NCBI GenBank assembly: GCA_964016885.1
Contig: OZ024743.1
Location: 336,908,001 to 336,972,000, forward strand
Reading direction: 5' to 3'
Source of the DNA: Eledone cirrhosa
Taxonomy: Eukaryota
DNA length: 64,000 nt
Part shown: piece by piece, positions 54,988 through 64,000 of the stretch
How positions within the stretch are numbered: position 1 is the stretch's first letter
Layout of the letters: each line of letters starts with the position of its first letter
Position numbers and translations under genes: made by a program
The notes under the pieces: generated by a model
What the model saw: the letters and a program-made list of their open reading frames with translations, nothing else
What the model was told of the DNA's origin: nothing
Database searches by the model: none

Positions 54988-55256
54988 TGTATATCATATA
55001 GATCTATGTAAAATTTTTACAAACTATCAGAGGGAATATACATACCTACACATATATATGCTGTCTTCAGAAATTATTTCTGAAGACAGCATATATATGT
55101 GTAGGTATGTATATTCCCTCTGATAGTTTGTAAAAATTTTACATAGATCTATATGATATACATACCAACACACACATATATATCCTACAAACGATCGTAA
55201 AATGATGAATTTTTTAATATAAGGAACTGTTTCTTTGTTTTTATTCATTATTTTTA

Positions 55257-55260
<4 letters not shown>
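54988..55260. mobile_element. HHR fold-back element (palindrome 54988-55162), same family as 49640-50178
   Basis: Perfect arms with apex at 55075 (CTTCAGAAAT-T-ATTTCTGAAG). The tail ends in (TA)n. Confidence 0.88.
55073..55206 (+). ncRNA. Long-stem-II hammerhead, probably inactive (G12C)
   Basis: ATTATTT-CTGAAGA...CAAAC-GATC-GTA-AAATGAT. Confidence 0.7.
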
Positions 55261-55305
<45 letters not shown>

Positions 55306-55313
55306 TATATATT

Positions 55314-55381
<68 letters not shown>

Positions 55382-55895
55382 TAGTCCAGAAAGAGCCGTC
55401 GAAACGGCTTGAGCTCTGCTGTCGGGGTCATACCTTTTCCTATATATATATATATATACATATAAATGTTCATGTACTTTTCATTTTTTAGAATTTCTGT
55501 ATTGTACAAGCAAAAGTGCCATCATATTTATAATAGCTGTAATGGTAGTCAGCTTCGAAACACATTAATACTCCATTTTGGGCAAAATACTTCTTATCTA
55601 ATTCAAACTTGATTTTGTAAGTACCATAATGTAAGTATAGTTTCTTGGAGCTTCCTGTGAATAGAATGGGAACAAATTATATATATAAACACACACCCAC
55701 ATGTACAAATATACAATTGTCACCGTGCCCTATGTCGGACTAGTTTGAAAGTGTTTCCTCCAATATACAGCAGTGGCCATAACTGGACCCCGAAACCAAT
55801 GGTCACAAATACATGTTAAGTGTATGAAACATTGTTTATACTAAATAACCTCTCTTGCGACAGAATGAGCACTATTTTCATTGATCCTTCATCTA

Positions 55896-55945
<50 letters not shown>

Positions 55946-56039
55946 TGTAAAGGAGAAAACTACAGGTTTTGGTGTGCGAATGATACGGACACACAGAGAC
56001 ATATTGTAGTGTATTTAATTTAACATAATTTAGGCTACA

Positions 56040-56197
56040 GAAAACAGTGAAGTTTTGTCATTAAACAGACATAGTATATCATATAGAAAATAGTGAAGAG
56101 TGTGTCATTAAACAGAATATAGCATAGTATATCATATAGAAAATAGTGAAGACCGTGTCATTAAACATTAAACAGACATAGTATATTCTATAGAAAA
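56040..56197. repeat. Short tandem repeat, three ~47-60 bp units
   Basis: GTCATTAAACAGACATAGTATATCATATAGAAAATAGTGAAG repeated. Confidence 0.7.
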
Positions 56198-56289
56198 TAA
56201 TTGTTTCTACTTTTGTCACAAGGCCAGCAATTATGTCAGTGTATTACTGGTACTTTATTTTAAAAATCAATATTTAGTCTTGAGAAGGT

Positions 56290-56730
56290 GGTGGATTGAC
56301 AGAATTGATAGAGCCTCAGATAAAATGCTATTTCGGCATTTGTTCTGACAGGTGTGGAGGAGGAGTTCTCATTACGAAGTCGGTGGATGGTCTGCCAGAA
56401 AACTTTATTTACTGATCTAAAGTCGGATTCCAGCTTAAGCCCCAAAATTATTTCATATCTTAACTTTGAACACCTTTACTGTTTCTGTTGCGACCTTTCA
56501 TGTCTGCATGTACAGCAAGTGGAAGGAGGAGGACTTATTTCCAAGACAAATTTTGATAGTTTACTTCGTAGCTGAAGGTGTCAGTCATAGCTTCATCTCC
56601 CCTAGTAGTTTATCGCTGTTGGTCAAGGTTCCCCGCTTATATCGCACTAACCACCATGTCTGGTGGCCGCATCACTATCCGCCACCTGTGACCCTTTCTC
56701 TAGGAGAACAGCTCTGCCGAGAACCTTTTT
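56290..56730 (-). mobile_element. RTE-clade LINE fragment
   Basis: GLKLESDFRSVNKVFWQTIHRLR resembles the RTE/Rex3 inter-domain motif. Confidence 0.55.
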
Positions 56731-56849
56731 GATTCACTCCTTATTATTCGCTATCTATTTTCCATTTCTATTTTCTAAAAGAATGCCAAGCATGAGTATC
56801 CTTGCACATATGTTAGAAATCCTTCGTATTATTATTGTATGAATCATGA

Positions 56850-58110
56850 ATGGTGGATTGGCAGTATCGGAAGAGCGTGTGACAGCATGCTTTGCGGCAT
56901 ATAGTTACGTTCCTTTACGTCCTGAGTTCAAATCCCACCGAGGTTAGCTTTGTCTTGCATCCTTACGGAGTCGATATAATAAAGTACCAGTAACGTACTA
57001 TGTCTATTTTATCAACTTTCCCTTCACCCAAAATTGTTGGCTTTGTGCCTAAATCAGAAACCATTATGTTTCTGGTATTACTTACCCAGAATTCCATGAG
57101 TTTTACCCGAACCAAATTTAACTGCATACAGTAGGCGTGGATATTTGGCCACGAATAATATGCTTACTGAAAATAAAATGAAGAAAGAAATTAGCGATAC
57201 CAATAACAAAACAAAATGAAATATCAAGTAACATGAATTGGCAGTATCGGTAGAGGGTCGGACATGCTTTCCAGCATAGTTACGTCCCCTTACGAACTGA
57301 GTTCAAATCCTGCCGAGGTTAACTTTGCCTTTCATCCTTACGGGGTCGATAAAATACCAGTAACGTACTGGGTAATTGCTGGCCTTGTGCCAAATGTAGA
57401 AACAATTATTATCATTTCATTATTATGGCTGGGTATGGATTGACAGCATCGGAAGTGCGTCGGAGACCCTATTAAGTGGCACAGAGTTACGACTCTTTAC
57501 GTTCGGAGTTCAAATCCAACAGAGGTTAGCTTTACCTTTCATCATTAGGGGTGGATAAAATAAAGTACCAGTGCCACACTCGGGTCAATTTAATCGACTT
57601 TCCTCTCCCCCAAAATTGCTTGCCTTATGCCTAAATCAGAAACCCTTAATATGGTTAGGTATAAGATCAGTGGATTGGCAGTATCGGTAGAGCGTTGCAC
57701 AAAATGCGTAGCAAGATTTTTCTAGTATTTTTACATTCTGAGTTCAAAACCCACAGAGGTCAACTTTGCATTTCATCCTCCCGTTGTTGATAAAAGTACC
57801 ATCAATTACGGGGGACTATGTAATCGGATTTCCTCTCTCCCCAAATTGCTGATCTTGTGCTTAAATTACAAATCATTATCATGGCAACATATAAGGGCAG
57901 AAGATTGACAGAATCGTTATAGTATCGAACAAAAGGCTTTGCGGTATTTAGTTACGACTTTTTAAGTTCTGAGTTCAAATCCTGCGGAGGTCTTCTTAGC
58001 CTCTTACCCTTAAGGAGTCGATAAAATAAAGTACCAGTTAAGTACTGTGGTCAATATAATCTACTTTCACCTGCCGTCGAATTGGTGGCCTTGTGTCAAT
58101 GTTAGAAAGT
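56850..58110 (+). mobile_element. Five diverged tRNA-derived SINEs in the same orientation
   Basis: Five ATTG(G/A)CAG..TCG heads at ~56857, 57237, 57438, 57674 and 57905, each with a GAGTTCAAA B-box and the family tail. Confidence 0.85.
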
Positions 58111-58182
58111 AGCACGGTCATATATATAAGCAGGGTTTAGAACGATAGAATGCTGTTATTTCGATCTTTTCGCTCACGGAAA

Positions 58183-58301
58183 TTAAACCAAATTTAGTGG
58201 TCTAACGGTTATATTTTCGTAATTTTGTCCTAGAGTCCGATGTGAGCCCACTATTGAAATTACGACAAAATAACCGCTAGCCCATAAAATTTGGTTTTAA
58301 T
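58183..58301. repeat. Imperfect hairpin (MITE-like), followed by a partial second copy
   Basis: ATTAAACCAAATTTAGTGG..CGGTTAT..TCGTAATTT pairs with AAATTACGA..ATAACCG..AAATTTGGTTTTAAT. Confidence 0.6.
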
Positions 58302-58396
58302 ACAGTGTGTATTAAAATTAATTTAGTGGACCAACGGGTTTTTTGGTAATCTTGTAATCTTGTTCTAGCGCCCGATGAGAGGTCAGTATGAAACTG

Positions 58397-58443
<47 letters not shown>

Positions 58444-58780
58444 AAAGTTATATCTGTATAAATACAAAGTGCGTAACCGAGACTTCACCAACGTTGAAAT
58501 TTGAAAGTGTGAGATTCCAAACGTAGAAAATAACCCTAACAACAGTCGATCGTTATAAATACTACCTTAGAAAATCGGTGAAAAAATGGATTAGAAGCTA
58601 TTTGCACCTCAAGAGATACTGAATTCGGTTCTCTGTTTGTGCTACTAGCTACTGTTTATGTCTCAGGGGTATTGTACCCTATTTTCTCAGCTATTATTTA
58701 CAGTAATTGACTGTTACAATTATTTCAAAGTAATTTTGAAATAATAATCAGGCAGGAAAAATGAAAAAATAAGTACATAC

Positions 58781-58993
58781 ATAACACAGAAACTTTTGGA
58801 AATCTGAAGTGACACAAGCCATGCATATTACTCCAGCCACAAGACATTATTGGCCTAAGATTATACGAATCCACTTCAGCATTTTCTTGGTCCAAAGCTG
58901 CTTCGCTAACATTAATACTGTCTGATAAATTTGGATCAATGTTGAATTCTTCCATCATTTTCTTTAGCTGATCTGTCATATCATCAGTTTCTC
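58781..58993 (-). CDS. Candidate internal coding exon (213 bp, phase 1-1) of an unidentified host gene
   Basis: Acceptor TTTTATTTTATTTTCAG| and donor |GTATGT. Open frame ETDDMTDQLKKMMEEF...CGWSNMHGLCHFRFPKVSVL; length is a multiple of 3. Confidence 0.65.
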
Positions 58994-59096
58994 CTGAAAA
59001 TAAAATAAAATATGATAATCAATTGTTTCTTTGCTTTAATGGAGATACGTTCCATTTTTCTTCTCTTTAGTTTACTCTTCACATGCATGTATAGGC

Positions 59097-59292
59097 GACG
59101 AATTGGCAGAGTCGTTAACACGTCGAATAGAAGGTTTTGCGGTATTCGTTCTGGCTCTCTGCTCTCTTAGTTAAAAATTCGCTGCAGTTAACTTTGTCTT
59201 TCATCCTATCGAGATCAATAAAGAAAAGTACAAGGGTGGTGCCCCAGCATGGCCTCAGCCGGATGGCTATAACAGGTAAGAGAATAAAAGAG
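59097..59292 (+). mobile_element. tRNA-derived SINE of a second tail type
   Basis: AATTGGCAGAGTCGTTA head and GGTGCCCCAGCATGGCC tail. Confidence 0.6.
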
Positions 59293-59611
59293 TATGCACT
59301 ACTTAAGTAGATTCTTCCTCTATATCTCTTTCTCGCTTCCTCTCTTTCCTTCTATGAGAGAAATCAGATGTGTTCAGACCCGGAGAGGGATTGGCTCCGC
59401 CAGGGTTTAAGATGCCCAGGGAAGCCGTATGTCAATATGACGTCCCTTTAATTCCATCAGGAGTTACGGGTTCATACATACACACACATTCATACATACA
59501 TAACATACATACGTATATATATATATATATATCACAGACGCACATACATACATACATACATACATACATACATACATACATACATACATACATACATACA
59601 TACATACATAC

Positions 59612-60220
59612 ATGGTGGCTGCCAACTCGTTTTCGAGTACGGCCACTACTTTATATCCATGTAGGAGAACCCCCTACCGATGCGCTGAACGAGTGTGACT
59701 TTTTAGTCCAGCCAGTGACTTGAATACTCTGGTACAAACACTACACTTGTGACTATTATTGACACAGTGCTGGGCTCATGGTACCATGTGACGACAAGTG
59801 CAGAGAGATCTCCAAATATAAAGCAATGCCTGTGCCGTGAAGCTTTTATAGTGAGCAAAGGCACTGCACAAAGCCAGTCTCACTCTCTTAACCAAGATGA
59901 TATTTACCAAAAAGAAGAACAAGTCAACATCATTGGATACCATCAGGGTTGCAGGTGTTATATCAGAGTTTTCCTTCTCCTAGAATTCTGCCTTGACAAA
60001 GGCTAAGGGGTCATCTCTCCCGGTGATTTTGGATGGCCATTGACTCTTAAGAGCTCCTTTGCCCTTTGACAGGTTTTGTTTTTAGTCCTGCAGGATGTCC
60101 AAAGTCACCCTCCTCACCAAGAAACGTTGGTGGGGTTGCCAGTTTAGTCGCCAACGACCCGACCATGTGACAGTTTGTACTGGTATACACGTTACCAGTA
60201 CCACCAATTGGTGACCTGAC
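59612..60220 (-). mobile_element. ~600-bp RTE-derived non-autonomous element (copy 3)
   Basis: Reverse complement of copy 1, with (CATA)n on both sides. Confidence 0.8.
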
Positions 60221-60523
60221 ATACATACATACATACATACATACATACATACATACATACATACATACATACATACACACACACACATACATACTGACAT
60301 ACATGCATACACACATACACATATACACACATACATACTTACATACATACATACACACACATACATACTTACATACATATCACACATACGCATATATATA
60401 TATTTACAGACACATACATACATACATACATACATACATACATGATGGCTGCCCCCTCGTTATCGAGTATGGCCATTGCACGAGGAGAAAAAAAAATTAT
60501 AAATAAATAAAAAATAAAATAAA

Positions 60524-60584
<61 letters not shown>

Positions 60585-60588
<4 letters not shown>

Positions 60589-61179
60589 TAAACGGAATAG
60601 AAAATGCTGACAAATTGTTCACAGTTGAAAAATAGTTTAATTAGGAATAAAAGAGTATTAGTAATTGTATGGGTTAGTATTCAGTTGTGGTTTTAAGTTT
60701 TTAAGTTTTTAACGGTTGCGCATTTCTAAATGCTTTTCAAAAATAATTTTGAGATAGAGCGTCCGTATTGTTTGCTCTGATCTGATTAGTTTTGGGAATT
60801 CTACCTGTTTTTATGTTAAAAAAGTGGCTCCAGCGCTACTTGGTGTTGCAAAAATTCTTGTGGTCAAAACAATTTTGATTGGTCGGTAGAGGTCATGTGA
60901 ATGTAAAAAATTGATTTTGCGCCAAGACTGTTTTTATGTTAAAAAAGTGGCTCCAGCGCTACTTGGTGTTGCAAAAATTCTTGTGGTCAAAACAATTTTG
61001 ATTGGTTGGTAGAGGTCATGTGAATGTAAAAAATTGATTTTGCGCCAAGACTGAGAAATGACTCTTTCACAACAAATATGTGTGTGTAGTAGTAGTAAAG
61101 TGTTCGATGTTGTGATAATGGTTAGCAGGGATGTGTGTGCGAACCGCAGCCTGTTGACAGTTCAAATGGCTATTAAGAT

Positions 61180-61254
<75 letters not shown>

Positions 61255-61412
61255 TCGTGGTAGCGGGATGGTCAGTAGGAATGTCTGTAAGCAGTATTTT
61301 AGCATGAAACATAAAAACAGTCTTGGCGCAAAATCAATTTTTTACATTCACATGACCTCTACCGACCAATCAAAATTGTTTTGACCACAAGAATTTTTGC
61401 AACACCAAGTAG
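60585..61412. repeat. Second copy of the 6310-6803 repeat, plus an inverted partial copy at ~61313-61412
   Basis: Direct sequence identity seen by eye. Confidence 0.85.
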
Positions 61413-61467
61413 TTATCGAGTATGGCCATTCCATGATATACCATTATTAATAATTATTAATTAATTC

Positions 61468-61587
61468 TATCTGAGTTCAAATCGTGCCGAGGTTAACTTT
61501 GCCTTTCATCCTTACGGGGTCGATAAAATAAAGTACCAGTAGCGTACTGGTTAATTGCTGGCCTTGTGCCAAAAGTAGAAACAATTA
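61468..61587 (+). mobile_element. 5'-truncated SINE
   Basis: CTGAGTTCAAATCGTGCCGAGGTTAAC...GTAGAAACAATT. Confidence 0.8.
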
Positions 61588-61599
61588 ATTAATTCTATC

Positions 61600-62002
61600 G
61601 TGCAATGCCTGTGCGTAAAGATATTTTTTAAAGTGAGGATAGACTGTGCACTTAGCCAATCCCACTCTCTGAGCCGCAGGTTTTATATCGGAGTTATCCC
61701 AGATTCCTGAGTTGCCTTCTCTTAGAAGAATGCCCCGACAAAGGCTAGGGGTCCTTCACTCCCAGTGGTTTAACCGGACGGTACATGTCTAAATACATAT
61801 TTACACAATTTCGGATGGCTGTTGACTCTTACAAGTTCTTCCCCCCTTTGTCAGGTTTTGTTTTTTGTCCTGCAGGGTATCCAAAATCACCCTCCTCACC
61901 AACTAAACTTGGTGGGGTTGCTGGTTTAGTCGCCGACGATACGACCATGCGACAGGTTGTACTGGGTTACATGTTACCAGTAGCACTCAAGAGTGACCCG
62001 AC
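61600..62002 (-). mobile_element. Diverged relative of the ~600-bp RTE-derived element
   Basis: CACCCTCCTCACCAA..TGGTGGGGTTGC..GTTTAGTCGCC.ACGA, followed by (CATA)n. Confidence 0.7.
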
Positions 62003-62414
62003 ATAACATACATACATACATACATACACACACATACATACTTACATACATACAGACACATGCATATATATACACACACACATACATACATACATACATA
62101 CATACATACATACATACATACATACATACATACATACATACATACATACATACATACTTAAACACACACATATACGCACATACCGAAATATATATATACA
62201 CACACATCGATATATACATACACACACACATACATACATATAGACATACATATATTACGTACAGACAGACATACAGACACACATACATACATACTTTACA
62301 TACTTACATACATAAATACATACATACATGATGGCTGCCTCCTCGTTATCGAGTATGGCCATTGCACGAAAAAAAAACATAGTAATAACAATAACGACAA
62401 TAATAATAATAATA

Positions 62415-62712
62415 ATTGTTTCTACTTTTGGCACAAGGCCAGCAATTACCCAGTACATTACAGGTACTTTATTTTATCGACCCCGTAAGGATGAAAGGCA
62501 AAGTTAACCTCGACGGGATTAATAATAATAATAATTGTTTCTACTTTTGGCACAAGGCCAGCAATTATCCAGTGCATTACTGGTACTTTATTTTATCGAC
62601 CCCGTAAGGATGAAAGGCAAAGTTAACCTCGGCGGGATTTGAACTCAGATCATAAAGGGACGTAACTCTATGCGTCAAAGCATGGCGTCCGTCCCTCTAC
62701 CGATACTGCCAA
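62415..62712 (-). mobile_element. Two SINEs (one full, one truncated) separated by (AAT)n
   Basis: Reverse complement of the SINE at 40464. Confidence 0.85.
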
Positions 62713-62726
62713 TAATAATAATAATG

Positions 62727-64000
62727 ATTTCATTTATTAGCCACCAGGGCCGACATGTAGGGGACAATACAAAGACAGGGACAGTGGGGGTTTACAATAA
62801 GGTCGAGTAAAAGTGCACAATGGCAAGACTAATTTAACAATGAAAATATAAAAATATAAAATAAACTATGCATAAATATAACAAAATAAATTCCCCGATA
62901 GGGGGTGTACGACCCTGGGGTGCTTCAGGTACCCCACTAATCCTGAACCACCCTGCGCTTCTAGGGCACCCAGGGAGAGCACCCCTCTCCTCAAGTTAGC
63001 CAGCCTATAGGCGCATGGTCAGAGTAGGCCCATTCACACGAGCCATTCTCGCCACATTCACCCACCTTTTAGCAAATGTACTGGGGAGCAGCACTTCTCT
63101 CTCCACCCTCACCTTCCTTTCCAGGTGAAACTTGAAGAAGTTGATGAGGGATTGGCCGAAGAGAAAAGTGTCTGCCTTTAGTCCTTTCAACCTGGTCCAC
63201 CATATAATCTCTTTCGCAACTGCCACCAGACAGAGGAAAATGTCCTGCTCTTCCTGACCTAAGGAAGGCGGTGGATCGATCTTCACTATGGACTCGGCCG
63301 ATAGCCGGATTCGTTCCACACGCGACAGTAGCTGTTCGACATAACTCCACAAGTCAGTAATGCACGGACATTGGACAAGTGCGTGCAGAACGGTTTCGTC
63401 GTTCTGTGCGCATCTTGGGCAGGTCCGTCTGACAGCACTTCCGTGCCTGTAGAGTTTATCCCGAACCGGCAGTGCCCCCCGGTAGCACTGCCAAGCGAGG
63501 GATTTCTGGAAATTCTCCATCGTCCCCGGCTCAAAAGTCCTCCGGTACAGACTGGTCAGTTCGACTTCGTCGAGGCCCAAAGCTTCTCCGAGTGCATCAT
63601 CGCACTTGCCCACCACTAATCCTCTATAGAACTCGAGAGTGGAAGTTCCGCTGATCGCATTGCCCGCTTGGTAGAGGGCAGTGAATGCCTGGCAATATTC
63701 CAGGTGCCAGTCACCCAGTCTCGGTCTCTTCTTGATCCAGGACTGCAGCTCAGTCATAGAAATGAGCTGCGGAAAGGCCCGTCTGATAAACGGCGACCAC
63801 ACCTGTTCACCGTTGAGGCAGAATATCTGGAGATGTCGCAGCCTCAACGCATGTCTGCGCATCATTAGCCACGGCATGCCCAGCCCTCCGCGTAGAGGGT
63901 GCTGGCAGCAGATGGACCGCCTCACCAACGGAACTTGTCCCCTCAACAAGAATTTGAAGAGGAGCCGTTCCAGCTTGACGATGCGCGGACGGGGGCAAGG
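62727..64000 (-). mobile_element. L1/Tx1-clade LINE 3' end
   Basis: Open ORF2 C-terminus, 3' UTR with AATAAA and an (ATT)n tail. Confidence 0.88.
63005..64000 (-). CDS. LINE ORF2 C-terminal region (RT-associated zinc-binding domain), runs off the window
   Basis: GGLGMP, W...RGALPVRDKL, CPRC...ETVLHALVQC, with no stop up to 63005. Confidence 0.85.
   Translation of the reverse strand, partial: PCPRPRIVKLERLLFKFLLRGQVPLVRRSICCQHPLRGGLGMPWLMMRRHALRLRHLQIFCLNGEQVWSPFIRRAFPQLISMTELQSWIKKRPRLGDWHLEYCQAFTALYQAGNAISGTSTLEFYRGLVVGKCDDALGEALGLDEVELTSLYRRTFEPGTMENFQKSLAWQCYRGALPVRDKLYRHGSAVRRTCPRCAQNDETVLHALVQCPCITDLWSYVEQLLSRVERIRLSAESIVKIDPPPSLGQEEQDIFLCLVAVAKEIIWWTRLKGLKADTFLFGQSLINFFKFHLERKVRVEREVLLPSTFAKRWVNVARMARVNGPTLTMRL

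Noticed and set aside
55385-55430. GAAAC-GGC...GCT-GTC fragment between (TA)n tracts
   Set aside because: Only a stem III-like half with no core. Too short to support a call.
58365-58401. CCGATGA...GAAAC-TGCT-GTA
   Set aside because: Stem II is unpaired, stem I is absent, and the paralogous segment reads CCGATGTG.

Overview
AT-rich, repeat-dense animal genomic DNA. The tRNA-derived SINEs, RTE tails and (TA)n/(CA)n/(TATG)n density resemble octopus (inference, not searched). About 22 kb (11.2-33.3 kb) is a 45-bp satellite with nested higher-order duplications. The rest is mostly transposons: three decayed Penelope-like retroelements (PLEs; RT with C-terminal GIY-YIG and a CNCR..CPL.G.CL linker, Neptune-type), RTE and Tx1/L1 LINE fragments, a ~600-bp RTE-derived non-autonomous element, two non-autonomous Helitrons and many SINEs. 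There are two candidate host exons. The main signal not shown by the ORF track is a set of about 18 type I hammerhead ribozyme (HHR) motifs, intact, variant or decayed, read by eye from several PLE-terminus families. Many lie in fold-back palindromes whose turn or junction is at or just 5' of the ribozyme and whose ends abut (TA)n. Two families show C3-G8 to U3-A8 core covariation between copies, and one family has a ~106-nt structured stem II. All folds were assigned manually; activity is untested.
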